From Paramoeba atlantica (taxonomy: Eukaryota; Protista; Discosea): 64,000 nt of DNA. The position numbers were made by a program, and so were the translations under genes. The stretch covers positions 124,001 to 188,000 of the forward strand of contig CDRNVI010000041.1 of assembly GCA_977017575.1 (NCBI GenBank). The letters are read 5' to 3'. Numbering within the stretch: the stretch's first letter is position 1; the number at the start of each line of letters is the position of its first letter. The notes beneath the pieces are model-generated. The model ran no database searches, had not been told where the DNA came from, and saw nothing but the letters and a program-made list of their open reading frames with translations. Shown here in pieces: positions 1 through 11,875 of this stretch.

Positions 1-471
1 GTTCTTCCCTTGTACTCCGCGTTTGTGATATGGACCGTGATTTACGATACCGTGTACGCATTTCAGGATGCGAAGGACGATAGAACTCTTGGAATAGGGT
101 CGTTTGCTCTTTACTTGGGATGCCGAAAAACATTTCTGTATTTTCTTCTGTTGCCAATGGGGTTCTTGTTCATGTTGGCCGGATGGAATGCGAATCAGCA
201 CAGAGCATATTTTGGAATCCTTCTTTTTTCTATGGCGTACTTGACCTTTTTGCTTTCATCTGTACGTGCAGGCAGTCCTGGTACGTGCTCATTCTTTTTT
301 CGGCGTATGCCTCTCGTGGGAGCGCTTTTCGTACTTAGTTGGACAATTGGAAATATTTTGAATGTTTCACCAGTCACTCATTCCTTTTTGAAGTTAAATA
401 TATTAGGCAATTCTACGGATGCGGATCAGGTTAAATTGACAGAAAACGAAAAGAAGGATTTCGAGAAGTAA
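1..471 (+). CDS. COQ2: 4-hydroxybenzoate polyprenyltransferase (UbiA family), 3' part; frame open from window edge
   Basis: LPLYSAFVIWTVIYDTVYAFQDAKDDRTLG matches the COQ2/UbiA second Asp-rich motif (WT.IYDT.YA.QD..DD); hydrophobic helices follow. Confidence 0.85.
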   Translation, partial: VLPLYSAFVIWTVIYDTVYAFQDAKDDRTLGIGSFALYLGCRKTFLYFLLLPMGFLFMLAGWNANQHRAYFGILLFSMAYLTFLLSSVRAGSPGTCSFFFRRMPLVGALFVLSWTIGNILNVSPVTHSFLKLNILGNSTDADQVKLTENEKKDFEK

Positions 472-2019
472 TAACTCCGACTTAATCTGCATGCATATGG
501 TGTTAATACGAACCAACATTCCAACATACTTCGTCATGAAAACACATTGTAGTGTTAGTTACTTTTCATGTGGAATATACGACGAGAATATCAGATTTGT
601 GTATCTGTAGTTCAGAACGTGATCTAGTCTGAATTACGCTCTTTCATATTCCACAGTTTGAGTTTCCACAGTTCAGTTTTGAGAGAATCTCTGTCTCACC
701 CATGCACACTTCAATTGTATACTGTACGTCTAATCTCTCTAAAGTACCGATAACAGCGACCCGACATTTGCTCTGACTGACATATTTTGGTCGTTCCAGA
801 CTTTGCGACGTGGTCGTTCACTTCCGAGTACGAGAATTTATTAGAAAGAACCTAGCAGCGTATTCTGTAACTTAGAAAAACAGGGCAAATGACCAAAAAT
901 AAGTCATTCTTTATGTAAAATTTACCATCTATTCATACATATCCCTAATACGGATAGTCGTCTCGCAAAAAAAGTATCTTTTACTAGGATAAGGTTTAAA
1001 ATCTTTTGTGATAGCACTTCCATATTACTGTGCTCGCAAAAATTAATAAAACTTTTATTGTAAATTAATAAAAACGTTTTACTAATTAAAAATTCAGTAA
1101 TTTTTGTTTTACTAATTTTTGCACTGCCCCCAAAAAAATTGCCAACTTGATAAAATCAATTTTTACAGAAACGGTATTTCTGTCGTTTGAGTAGGTTGTC
1201 TCCTCTAAGGTCGGCGTTAGTACCATCTGCAAAATGGTAATGCTAGGGAAGACCGCGAGGAGGTCCCGACCATGCTTTCCCATGCTGAGTGTGTCAGGCT
1301 TCAGTGAAGCGTATTACAAAGAAAATCCTTACAAAGAATATTCCCCAAAAAGGGATTGACTTTTACCCCCTCCCTTACAATGTCCCTACATGAGCATTTT
1401 CTTAAATATGAAAAAAATCTCTTAAATGCAAGAGAGCGATGTTTCGCGTTCGCGGAGCGAAGAAAGTCTTTTAAGAATAGGAGTATAACGAAAAAGAAAG
1501 TCAGAGATTCAGAAAAAAATCAGGAGCGGGGAAAGTAATATGTGTCTGTAGCACAGAGTAAAAAACACCCCAAAAAAATAATATTAATAAAAATTTTGCT
1601 CGCTTTCGTGCGACATAGTAATCTGAAAACTTTTCGTAAAAAAAAATAGAATTCCGAAAAAAATGTAAGGTGTAAAACCTGAATTTTGCAAAATGTTTTA
1701 CTAATTAAAAATTTACTAATTTTGGTTTCACGAATTATTGTTACACTAATAATTGTGTGCACTGTACTTTATGTATTCTTTTCATATCTTTTCAGTAAGC
1801 TGCGCGTCAACTTTGGTACTTCCACATACTTACGGTATTTGTAAAGCCCTAATGCAGTGAAAACTATATCGAAAAAGTAATATTAATTCAGCTAAGAAAG
1901 ACGTTTTTAAGGACCAATTCTAGTTCGCAAGAAAAGCGATTGCACAATTTTGCTCAATGACGCGAAATTGAAAACATCCATCATGCGTGGCACCCTTTTA
2001 TCCAAGAATATCAAAAATA

Positions 2020-2361
2020 CTACACCCCGCTGATTAATTTTAATAAATATGAATTATAAAACTTTTGCATTTATATTTATAATTATAATTTATAGAATTT
2101 ATGAATTTATAGAAATTATTTTGCGAAGGTACCGGTTGACGTCATCACTATCACGTAATTTTCCCGGCGATGGTGAAAGCATCAGCATTCTCAATACTTT
2201 CGGAATGCCATTTCGACAACTTTGATGGAAAAAGGCATACAAGTTTGGAAAAAAGTTTTATAAATTATACAAGGAAGCATGTTTTTTATAAATTAAGAAA
2301 AGTATAAAAGTCAAAAATCACCCGTTTATTAAAATATAAACTTCTATTAGCGGGGGTGTAG
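2020..2361. mobile_element. TA-flanked MITE (Tc1/mariner-type ends), 342 bp
   Basis: TA|CTACACCCCGCT at 2018-2031 and AGCGGGGGTGTAG|TA at 2349-2363; AT-rich non-coding interior. Confidence 0.6.
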
Positions 2362-2475
2362 TAGTTCATGGAATAGTCTTTGACATGGTGCGGGCCTACA
2401 ATATGGCGAAGCCTGAAAAGTTCTTTCTTATAACACATATTGCACTAATTTTGTTACATTTTCGTCCTACCTAAA

Positions 2476-4710
2476 ATGAACCGTTCTACTTCTGTTCGCG
2501 CCAAGGTTCTCAACGTTGATCATAAGGCACTGGACGATGCGATTTTAATGGCTAGTGAAGGCAAGGTTACGAACAAGAATGCGTGGGATATTCCTATTAT
2601 CGAAGGAATGACGGATACTGTCGAAGCCTATATGGAAACCGAGGGAGATGCGTACGCACAATTTACAAAGGCCGCTAGTCTTGTCGAGAGCGGTGCTAAA
2701 GTGTGGGCACACCGAGTTGAGAACACACTTCAAATGACAACCCAGGTGCAGCAAAGACTGATGCGTTGCGACACGAAAAATGATGCGGACGACATGCAAA
2801 GAAGTCAAGACACGAAGGAAGAGAGCGAGTCTAGCACCCAGCGAGGCGCTTCCGCGCGGACTCAAGAGGAGATCTCTCGGAAACGCAAGCCCGCCGACTT
2901 TCGTACGCTGGCATCCTCCAATGAGGAAATTTGCGTCAAACACACCGACGAAAAACACTACGAAGTAGACCCTCTATTCCGCGCCACCTCACGGAAGTTC
3001 GACCAAGGACATGCCAGCGGTCTCCTACTCAACCACGCTCGGCTTGGCCCCCATTGCAATCTCATGATGGGATGTGAAAACGTGGTGGAGGAAAACACCC
3101 TCCCCGAGACCACCTCCCAACCAGAACTCTCAACACAACTCGCGGACAGCACCGAAGAACGCGACCCACCGCTCTCGCCCCCCTCCCACACCATCCCCTC
3201 CCTCTCGCTTGACACCGAGGTGTTTCGCACCTCCTCGAGTTCCGCCCACCCCAGCGGGGCGTCGCGTCTAGCGTCATCCCATCCCGCATCCTCGGACTCT
3301 TCCCAGGACGGGGCTCTGGGGGACGGGAGCCCTTTTGAGGGCATGGACCCGCCTGGGAGGTTGGAGTCCCACTCCCGGGACCTCAGCCCCGCCCACCCAC
3401 CCCCCTCTGGGTTCTCTTCCCAACTCACCGCTCACGGGGAGGAGATGCGTGAGGCTGTGGAGCTGCTGGACGGCACGCTGGAGCTGAACCGCGTCGACAG
3501 CTGGCTTACAAGTCACGGCCGCCGCTCGGGGTCGTACATGGACCCCGCGGGTGGTGGGGCGGCGAGTGGGCTCGGGGAGGAGGACCCGGACTTTATCCCG
3601 ATGCAGAGCGGGGCGGACAGTGTGCTGCTACGCTCCGGGTCCGCGCTGGATGAGATTCGAAAGGCGGCGGCGGTGACGGTAGGGGAGGACACCCGCCCGG
3701 GGGCGTTTGCTGGGGCGAACGAGACAGAGGAGACACGGGTACCGGGGAAAGGGGTGAAACGGAAGAAGTCGGTGCGGTTTGCGGTTGATGAGACCTCGGA
3801 GACGTGGAGTACCACCGGGGAGTGGAATGTAAAGGTACCGTGTCATAACCACCCCCACGCCTCGCTGACGATTCTTGGCAAAGAGTGGCTTACGCAGGGA
3901 AAAGATGGTATGCCACCGGAGGATTTTAAGGATGACGATAAGGCGTCGTGTTTAGCGCTCGCTCGCGGGCTCTGTCACTCCTTGGAGGACTCCTCCATGC
4001 CACAGTTCCTTCAATGTACATTTGATGCGCGCAGTTTTTTGCAACCCTTCTGCTGTACCGAGCCACATTGGAATTGGATGGAGCAACATGCCCAAAAGTA
4101 CGAAGGGGGGCGAGGGATGGATTTAAGGCGTCATAGGGAGCTTTCTGTAAGTGGTGACTCTATTGAGGATAACGTCGGACTGCCTATCCCAGATGACATG
4201 GAGGATCTTAGCTCAGATATTCCTGAGAACGAGGACTACGCTGACGCAGAAGATACAGCGTTTGGTGTGACCGATTTAGAAACTGGAATCGCAGATATTT
4301 CGCCTGAGCAGAGGAGACGAACCATACTAGAAGACCCGAGCACAATTTCTTCCGTATTACTGGATCACGCGATCACAAAACCTAGTTTAGTTGACGTTGG
4401 AAAATTAAGACGTGTGATGTGGGATCATGTAAAACTTGTAAATAAGAATTTTGAACTTGAAAGTAAGAGCGACATGCCCATGGAAGCTACCTCGCACAAC
4501 ACAAAAGACATGGCTGGGGAGAATGGCGTTCCTCTGAGCTCCATTATGTTATCAATGATCGAACGAGGCGAAGTTTCCAAAATATCCAAAGATGGCTCGC
4601 TCTCGCCGGCATTTTTCTACTTTTCGCTTCTTTTTTTGGCTAACGAACATCAACTTGAGCTTTCGCAAACGAGTGATCTTTCTGATGTTTACGTGCGGAT
4701 TTCCCAATGA
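2476..4710 (+). CDS. BRN1: Condensin I kleisin subunit (Barren/CAP-H)
   Basis: KVTNKNAWDIPII, FTKAASLVESGAKVWAHRVENT, VDPLFRATSRKFDQGHASGLLLN and C-terminal FFYFSLLFLANEHQLEL are Barren-family motifs. Confidence 0.9.
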   Translation: MNRSTSVRAKVLNVDHKALDDAILMASEGKVTNKNAWDIPIIEGMTDTVEAYMETEGDAYAQFTKAASLVESGAKVWAHRVENTLQMTTQVQQRLMRCDTKNDADDMQRSQDTKEESESSTQRGASARTQEEISRKRKPADFRTLASSNEEICVKHTDEKHYEVDPLFRATSRKFDQGHASGLLLNHARLGPHCNLMMGCENVVEENTLPETTSQPELSTQLADSTEERDPPLSPPSHTIPSLSLDTEVFRTSSSSAHPSGASRLASSHPASSDSSQDGALGDGSPFEGMDPPGRLESHSRDLSPAHPPPSGFSSQLTAHGEEMREAVELLDGTLELNRVDSWLTSHGRRSGSYMDPAGGGAASGLGEEDPDFIPMQSGADSVLLRSGSALDEIRKAAAVTVGEDTRPGAFAGANETEETRVPGKGVKRKKSVRFAVDETSETWSTTGEWNVKVPCHNHPHASLTILGKEWLTQGKDGMPPEDFKDDDKASCLALARGLCHSLEDSSMPQFLQCTFDARSFLQPFCCTEPHWNWMEQHAQKYEGGRGMDLRRHRELSVSGDSIEDNVGLPIPDDMEDLSSDIPENEDYADAEDTAFGVTDLETGIADISPEQRRRTILEDPSTISSVLLDHAITKPSLVDVGKLRRVMWDHVKLVNKNFELESKSDMPMEATSHNTKDMAGENGVPLSSIMLSMIERGEVSKISKDGSLSPAFFYFSLLFLANEHQLELSQTSDLSDVYVRISQ

Positions 4711-5149
4711 CTGGCCTATAGCACATTTGGACGATGCGTCTAGTCTAATGGATTCCTTGTCGCCTTCTCTTCATTCAAATTTATTTGTTTTGTGAATACG
4801 GGCATGCGTTTTTACAGTAGGTTGTATAGTGGTCGCTAGGACTTTGCCTCACAGTAGATGCTGGCAACAGATTGTTCTATCCTCTTTTTAAATACCCTCG
4901 CAAATTGGAATTAATCGCTAATAGCTCAGAAATGAAATTGATTTTTTCACGTGGGTATGTACTGGTTTCCTGTGACACTCATAAGGAAGGCTAATACGGT
5001 GTGGGGCAAATACTGCATACGGAAAAATCCTTATCAGGCTCAGTTTATAAAACCACTTCATATCAGGACCAGTATATAAGAAAATATTCTTTTGCCTAGA
5101 AAACTGATGAAGACTAATTCTAATAAAAATGGTCACGCTTTTCTAGTGC

Positions 5150-5965
5150 ATGGTGAAACCTCTCTTCGCATCATCTGGGATGCTGTATGTTGCATTACGG
5201 CGCTCTGATCTTTCGACGGATCTACAGAGGAATACACTACACTGTTTTTTGCAGCATGCAACGCGGTACCATATCAGATATTTTCGGGAAACACCATTAC
5301 AATACACCAAACGACTAGACGATTTATGGATCTCCCTGTCCACAGCAGAGTATCTCGCCTATGAAAGCGTTGCCCGAGCCTGGCTTAACTTACGCGTGCC
5401 AAACGTTCCACTTGTATTGCCATTCGGGGGCTCCCGCGTCACTTACACCCAGTCTCAGCAACAAAGTAGGTTTCACAAAGATGCCATTGACAGCCGGGAG
5501 CATGAGAAACCCAACGATGCTCCATCATTCCGTAGGGTGCCGCTACAGATTGAGCTTTCGCTGCCCCCATTGTCTGATACTCCGAAACCATTAGATGATG
5601 AGTCTGGTGATTTCCCAGGCTCTCTACCTCTCAGATCTCCGAGACCCGATAGGTCTGGTAAGGAGTGCTCATTATCTGCTATCCTACCGTCTAGTGAACC
5701 AATTTCCGTCGATTCCGAATCAATTGCTGCAGAGGAAAGTGATAATGAGATAGGAGACTGCCTAAATCTTCAAGGTATAAAGAACTTTGTTGATCAGCAC
5801 TACTCTGAATTTCAAGCTGCAAGCAAAGATTCCGCGTCTACCTGTGCAATTGATGAGCAATTATCCAATATGTGGAAAATTCTTTCGAGAGAAGAACGTA
5901 AATCGTATGCGTCCGACAAACATTCAATTGTTCAGAAGACCGGTGATACCAAGCCATGCTCTTAG
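5150..5965 (+). CDS. Protein with one or two degenerate HMG-box-like segments
   Basis: 271-aa ATG ORF; LSNMWKILSREERKSY and LDDLWISLSTAEYLAY resemble HMG-box helix 2/3 (W..LS..E+..Y). Confidence 0.5.
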   Translation: MVKPLFASSGMLYVALRRSDLSTDLQRNTLHCFLQHATRYHIRYFRETPLQYTKRLDDLWISLSTAEYLAYESVARAWLNLRVPNVPLVLPFGGSRVTYTQSQQQSRFHKDAIDSREHEKPNDAPSFRRVPLQIELSLPPLSDTPKPLDDESGDFPGSLPLRSPRPDRSGKECSLSAILPSSEPISVDSESIAAEESDNEIGDCLNLQGIKNFVDQHYSEFQAASKDSASTCAIDEQLSNMWKILSREERKSYASDKHSIVQKTGDTKPCS

Positions 5966-6125
5966 CTTCACATCTATATTTTGTTTTAGACGCTATTTCG
6001 ATCTGTCGAAGTACGTTGTATATTGTCTGAGTACTCTAGAAACTTAGAAGTCTACAAGATAATGTCACCCATTTTCTTACTAATTACCATATTTTTATAC
6101 GATTTAGTGGAAATCTAGTTCCTTT

Positions 6126-9100
6126 ATGATGCAATGCGCACTTGCAGGTGGGCGTTTTCTGCAGGTAAAAATGAGGCTTGAAGGAATGCGGACTGAATCC
6201 TGCATGCACTCTTCTTTGCGAAATCAGTGCACCAGGAAATATACAGCCCCCCGCTTTGACATAAAAAATCATGTAGCAGTCGACTGCAATAAACTCCTTT
6301 ATGCTGTTCGTCAAAAGGTAATCATGGCCAACGAATATTGTACAATACTTGAAGCAAAAAATGATGTTTATCTTTCGCAACTTCGCATGCTTGCACCGAG
6401 TTTAAGTCTCTCGACTGTCCCGCTACGCGGTAAGTATCTTTTTGTTTCCGGGTCTAACATGGAGGTCACAGTGACAATGAGCTCTGATACAGAGTCCGCA
6501 TTTCTACAGGAGATCGAGAAGTTTATTCATTGTTACGCCAAGACTCGTCTCGACTCAGATAGTGAATGCGGAATTCCATACATGCTTTGGGACCACATAA
6601 CTCACAACTTTCTTTTGGGGCATAGCTGTGAATCAATAAATTTGTTGCGTCGCTGTATCACGTACAGAAGGTCCTTGTTTCGTTTAGTTCGCAGTATCTC
6701 TCTCAACTCTCTATCGAAGCATTCCGTTCATTTTGATTCACAAGGTTTTTGGATAGTAGGGCGGCCAAGACAAGGACTTGTCGCAGTCTTACGTTGCGCT
6801 GTTTCGAAGCATCCGACACAGTGTATCATATGGAAAAACGTGCATTGCATTCGCGACATACTTAGTTCTGAAGACTTGCAGTTTATTGATCACATTTATG
6901 GATATAATAAGGTTGTCGATATAGCTGGTCTTCGTCGCGTTATTACTTTAAACGTTCCAGAAGGAAAGCCAGGAGGTTTTGGTTGGGACTTTGAAGGTAT
7001 TTATATGACACGTCCGAGAAGTATAAGAAGCCCTGAGTACTTGTTGCACTCCGGCCTTATGAAAGTAATTGACTATGCTTTGCAGAATATTAAATCGATC
7101 GGAACTGCTCCGCAAAGAATTGTTCCTGATACTCTGTCCTACGACAACCTCAAAGCCTTTCTTCCGAAATCTCTTTGTAATGATGACACTCTGAGGTCTT
7201 CCCAGAGAGTGGTTGAATCAGTGCCACATTACCTTAGACATCATTTATCGGTAACTGAAGACGGGATTTCTCTTATAAAAGAGGAAGATCTGGATCATTA
7301 TTTGGTGAACAATCGTCAAGCTGCGACTGGTGAAGACAGTATTCCTCATCGTAAACAAGTGCATGTGAGGGAAATGGTGGACAATGGATCAATTGGATTT
7401 GAGTCCGGCTCTACTACAACTAGATTTTGTTCGAAATCAGTCATAAACACTGAATCAATTTACAGCAATCACGGCCATAGCAACGTCAATTCAACTGTGG
7501 ATATTAATTCGAAACTCAATAATGAAACATCCATAGCATCAAGTTGGAAGAAATGCAGCGAAGTAGGGCGACAAATTCATATGCAAGATAACACAGAGAA
7601 GGAAGCATTAATTGACGCCGCCCATAGATCTTTTGAGTCTCTGAGAACTCTACTATTGAGACACAATGGTGAATTGACCCATGTTGGAGTAGTGGAATAC
7701 ATAACCCCAAGAGAATACGCAGAACTCGTAGCCAGTCATTCTCCTTACCACGGAAAGCATGGCAAATTTAGTGTCAAACGTTTCCGTCATTTGCTTCACA
7801 TCATTAAAAAATTTGCACCTTTAGATATTGACTGGAATTATGAAGCCATTTGGATTATTCGTAAGCCAGGGGGAAACATGGCTTTATCCCCTGAAGGATC
7901 AAACCGAATGTCTGCACTTCTTCGACGCTCAGCTCCGGAGGTGCCTGAGGCAATTTTTACTGGAAACATTATTACCGAACACAGCGAGCCGGAGCAGGCA
8001 TTGAAGAATATTGAGACCAGTATTTTATTTTTCGTCTTAAAGAGTTTTGCACACAGAGGAGTAAAACAGATGAAGTGGAGAAGAAGTCTCTCTGTTCTGT
8101 CTTCAGAAGAATTGGACACATATTTTCGCTTCATACAACACTATAAGAAGGTATGCTTACCTTCGGCGTTACGGGCTCTCGAAAATTCATTGCACAGTAT
8201 GAGCTTTCGCATTGTGTGGCACTACATGCAAAACGAAAATCTAAAATCCTTATTATGTACTCAAGACAATGGAAATCTCATGGTATTGAGCTCCACAGGA
8301 TGCGAAAAAATGAGAACGCTTGGAAATTTGGGAAAACAGTACGAGGAACTGGCATGTACACACCCGGCGGAAGGTCTGGAGCTCGGAACAGTAAATCTTG
8401 ACTCTTCTGAGTTAAAACAGTATCGAATTCGTATTGAAGAAAAAATAAATAGTATCACTAATTCGTATCCGGAAGCCTTCACATCGAATTTGCCGACACA
8501 TCGGGTTGCACCTTACGTAGAATTTTCCTGCTGGAATGGTCCTATTCCAAAGGTACGTCAGGTCCTTTCCTCTAACATCGGGTCCGCATCATTACCAATA
8601 CGTAGTCATGCGAATGCCATTATTGAAGCAGTAAACAAATTTGATGTGTTATTGCTGCGAGGATCCACAGGATGCGGTAAAAGTACGCAGGTGCCCCAGA
8701 TTCTTCTCGAATATATTTCAACGCTTCCGGAAAGACAGAATATTGCTCGTATAGTGTGTACACAGCCTCGGAGAATTGCTGCCGTTTCCTTGGCAGATCG
8801 TGTGACAAGTGAAAGAGCTGTTGAATCAGCGGATGTAGGGCACGTTGTTCGTTTCGATCACAGTACGCGTCCGACAGACACCTTGATATACATGACAACT
8901 GGCATTTTTCTGAACATGATGGTATCGAGCCCCTCCTTAGCTGGCGTTACGCATCTTATTATTGACGAAATCCACGAAAGATTTGTAGAAACAGACTTTA
9001 TTTTGTTACTGCTGCGCAAATTGTATCTGCAAAGCTTTACCACTAGTGATCCAAAAGAAAGTGTGCCACGCCCTCAGTTCAAACTAATTCTAATGAGTGC

Positions 9101-11348
9101 AACTGTAGATATTGAGAAATTCGATAAATATTTTGCACAGATTCCCGAACTTTGCGTTGGGTCCTACGATTTAATACAGAATCAACGTTTTCCCGTTCAG
9201 ATACATTACTTGGAAGAAGTTTTAAGTGAAACTCGTTTCGCCGAATATGCGAAAATGGAGGCGTTGACTCATAAAAATTGGGGTGCGATTCGCCGAAAAG
9301 AAAGACAACAGAAACGGGCTGTAGTATCAAAAATATTAGATGGGGCGGAAGAACCTTATGAAGAGAAAGATTCGCAAGAATCAGTTGATGATGCAAGTCA
9401 TTCAGGATGCGAACCTCACAAATTGCCTGATTTTCAGTGCTTAGTTAATGAACACAAATTACCTCACTGCGATGCTTTATATATAAGCGAGCGTCACAAA
9501 CAGGAAGACAAAGAAGTTGACGTTCTATTAATTGTAAGAACCGTATTGCACATACATCGTTTGCATGCCGAGCTTCCGTTGGGAGCGGTTCTGGTTTTCC
9601 TTCCGGGAATGTCTGAAATTCGAGCTGTAAAGAAAGAACTTCAGCACCGCTTATGTGATGCGCTGTGTATTCACATATTACATGGTGTTGTACCTCTGAA
9701 TGAACAGAGACTGGTTTACGATTTACCTCCGTCAAACAAACGAAAAGTTGTCTTAGCTACAAACATTGCCGAAACAAGTATTACAATTCCTGACATTGTT
9801 CATGTCATTGATTCAGGCTTTATTAATGCGACAAACTACGATATTAAGGCAGACCTACAGACTCTTGGACTTTCGACAATATCTCGCACTAATGCGACAC
9901 AGCGTTCCGGGCGTGCAGGCAGAGTACAATCCGGTATTGTATATAGACTATACAGTTCCTGGGAACATAAACTTTCAATGCCCGAGTACATGAAACCTGA
10001 AATTCAGAGAATTTCTATGGAAGAGCTCTGTATGCAAGTGTTGAGTTTGCAACTAGGCGATCCCGTAGAAATATTATCTCAAGCGATAAATCCCCCAGAA
10101 AAAACTCGCATTCAAAGTGGCATGTCCTGTCTTTTTCGCCTTGGAGCAATTACAGAAGACCACAAGGGATTAACCATTATTGGGAGGCACATAGCGAAAT
10201 ATAGCACGCATCCTCGAAATGCGAAACTGATACTAGTTAGTCAAATATTTCGAATGGAGCTTGTTGGGACATTTCTGGCAGCTGCCCTTTCTACCACATC
10301 TCCGTTTACTAATCTTAGCGTCGAATCTCCCGATAAGAAACAAGCCATGATCATGAAATACGAATTGTCTCAGGAGACATCAAGTGATTTCTGGGCTCTC
10401 ATTGCCGTAGCTTCGGCGTTTGGTGCGCTAGAAGTTGACGGGCCCGAATCACCGTCGATGTGGGCAGCACGTTATATGGTACAACCACGAGTGCTGAACG
10501 AAATAGTTAAACTTGCCATCCAACTGCAACAAACCAGCATAGTAAACGAGGAAAGTGAAACTGGATATCGAAAACCGATAGGTCACGAGTTGGGCGCTCT
10601 CTCTAGGGAAATGCTGATCCAGAAATTACCCCATCCTAGCCGGGAGACCACACTTCGGCTACATTCTGCAATAAGCGCCTCCCTTCCTTTTACACTTTAT
10701 TCCCCCTCAGAAGGTAAGTTGCGCATTCGTACTGCACATGCTCATACGAAATGTTCCTTTGAAGCTTCTAGTTTATGTAGCACACGAGATCTTCAAGAAC
10801 AAGCCTTGCACCGGGGTTTGATTCCAGTGAGTTTCTGTTCGGCTACAAACTCAAAAGGCTCAACTAAGTTGCGTACGGCATGTGTAATGGAACTTCTTCC
10901 CGCTCTTCTCCTTGGTCCAAACGATTTTTCTTTTACCACAGACCGAATTCTTTTGGCAGGTCAGGCGATACAGCTTCGTTTTCAAGATCCTGAAGCCGTT
11001 ATAGAGATTAAAAAAATAAGGTATTCGATCGATCAGATGATGAACGCAAGATGTAGGCGCCCATTACCGTCACTGCTATCCCGCACTCAGGAAGTGACTG
11101 ATATTCTTATTGAAGCAATGATGAACGTTCAATGTTACTCAGGGAGAGATTTGCGTCAACAAAAAAATGGGGATGGCTACAGCAAAGGTGTATACTGTCG
11201 TCAAATAGGTTCGAAAAGGAAACGATCTGCCGGTAACCAGAAGCGATACGATGCAGATAGCGAAGATGTCACTCAACACTCAGATCAAAAAGGGCCAAGA
11301 AGATCAGTAGCGCTTTTTCCCACGTCAGTGCAGGACCTACCTTGGTGA
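6126..11348 (+). CDS. DExH-box RNA helicase (DHX36/DHX57-like) with long N-terminal extension
   Basis: GSTGCGKSTQVPQ, TQPRRIAA, DEIHER, LILMSAT, VFLPG, LATNIAETSITIPD, QRSGRAGRV in order. Confidence 0.93.
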   Translation: MMQCALAGGRFLQVKMRLEGMRTESCMHSSLRNQCTRKYTAPRFDIKNHVAVDCNKLLYAVRQKVIMANEYCTILEAKNDVYLSQLRMLAPSLSLSTVPLRGKYLFVSGSNMEVTVTMSSDTESAFLQEIEKFIHCYAKTRLDSDSECGIPYMLWDHITHNFLLGHSCESINLLRRCITYRRSLFRLVRSISLNSLSKHSVHFDSQGFWIVGRPRQGLVAVLRCAVSKHPTQCIIWKNVHCIRDILSSEDLQFIDHIYGYNKVVDIAGLRRVITLNVPEGKPGGFGWDFEGIYMTRPRSIRSPEYLLHSGLMKVIDYALQNIKSIGTAPQRIVPDTLSYDNLKAFLPKSLCNDDTLRSSQRVVESVPHYLRHHLSVTEDGISLIKEEDLDHYLVNNRQAATGEDSIPHRKQVHVREMVDNGSIGFESGSTTTRFCSKSVINTESIYSNHGHSNVNSTVDINSKLNNETSIASSWKKCSEVGRQIHMQDNTEKEALIDAAHRSFESLRTLLLRHNGELTHVGVVEYITPREYAELVASHSPYHGKHGKFSVKRFRHLLHIIKKFAPLDIDWNYEAIWIIRKPGGNMALSPEGSNRMSALLRRSAPEVPEAIFTGNIITEHSEPEQALKNIETSILFFVLKSFAHRGVKQMKWRRSLSVLSSEELDTYFRFIQHYKKVCLPSALRALENSLHSMSFRIVWHYMQNENLKSLLCTQDNGNLMVLSSTGCEKMRTLGNLGKQYEELACTHPAEGLELGTVNLDSSELKQYRIRIEEKINSITNSYPEAFTSNLPTHRVAPYVEFSCWNGPIPKVRQVLSSNIGSASLPIRSHANAIIEAVNKFDVLLLRGSTGCGKSTQVPQILLEYISTLPERQNIARIVCTQPRRIAAVSLADRVTSERAVESADVGHVVRFDHSTRPTDTLIYMTTGIFLNMMVSSPSLAGVTHLIIDEIHERFVETDFILLLLRKLYLQSFTTSDPKESVPRPQFKLILMSATVDIEKFDKYFAQIPELCVGSYDLIQNQRFPVQIHYLEEVLSETRFAEYAKMEALTHKNWGAIRRKERQQKRAVVSKILDGAEEPYEEKDSQESVDDASHSGCEPHKLPDFQCLVNEHKLPHCDALYISERHKQEDKEVDVLLIVRTVLHIHRLHAELPLGAVLVFLPGMSEIRAVKKELQHRLCDALCIHILHGVVPLNEQRLVYDLPPSNKRKVVLATNIAETSITIPDIVHVIDSGFINATNYDIKADLQTLGLSTISRTNATQRSGRAGRVQSGIVYRLYSSWEHKLSMPEYMKPEIQRISMEELCMQVLSLQLGDPVEILSQAINPPEKTRIQSGMSCLFRLGAITEDHKGLTIIGRHIAKYSTHPRNAKLILVSQIFRMELVGTFLAAALSTTSPFTNLSVESPDKKQAMIMKYELSQETSSDFWALIAVASAFGALEVDGPESPSMWAARYMVQPRVLNEIVKLAIQLQQTSIVNEESETGYRKPIGHELGALSREMLIQKLPHPSRETTLRLHSAISASLPFTLYSPSEGKLRIRTAHAHTKCSFEASSLCSTRDLQEQALHRGLIPVSFCSATNSKGSTKLRTACVMELLPALLLGPNDFSFTTDRILLAGQAIQLRFQDPEAVIEIKKIRYSIDQMMNARCRRPLPSLLSRTQEVTDILIEAMMNVQCYSGRDLRQQKNGDGYSKGVYCRQIGSKRKRSAGNQKRYDADSEDVTQHSDQKGPRRSVALFPTSVQDLPW

Positions 11349-11489
11349 GTGTGCAGTGTACATGTGCTCCATGATCGATGACTTCATGTATTTTGCATTT
11401 CTCAATGAGCAACTCATCATCTCTCTCGGTTCATAACTTACCCGCACCCTTTTTTTTGATTCTGTCCTCATCTTGCTGACCCGGAACAC

Positions 11490-11875
11490 ACGCTTCGGCT
11501 GATGATTCTGAGGTATAAATGTAAAAACAGCGGTAAGCGTGTCCCGAAGGATACGGAGCATAGGGGTCTCCTAGCACGAAACCGTCTACGGCGGTTATAC
11601 CCCGAAGGGTACGGAGACAATGAGCCTCGCTACACAGACAAAGGTGTACTCCCAGGCGGGGACCAAGCGAATTTGTGCATGATAATTTGATGGACCTTAA
11701 AAGATCGCACATAGATCTCGACAGAAAACTTTTAAGAGATTAAAAAATTAAATCACTTAATTTAAATCACTTATTTTAAATTAAAAGAATCATTTTTCGA
11801 AGAATTCGATTCGAAATAAAAACACTTCTGGTCTCTAAATGTATGTTGCTACATGATTCAAAATAGATTGACCTA
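11490..11875. repeat. Diverged copy of the dispersed block found upstream of each EF-1alpha gene (other copies ~14905-15260, ~26390-26746, ~28188-28375, ~36865-37060)
   Basis: Shared text GACCAAGC.AATTTGTGCATGATAATTTGATGGA.CTTAAAAGATCGCACATAGATCTCG...AAAATAGATTGACCTACA in five places. Confidence 0.9.

Noticed and set aside
1028-1764. Possible Tc1-type MITE between COQ2 and BRN1
   Set aside because: End match only about two-thirds identical in AT-rich DNA, and the internal repeats are direct rather than inverted
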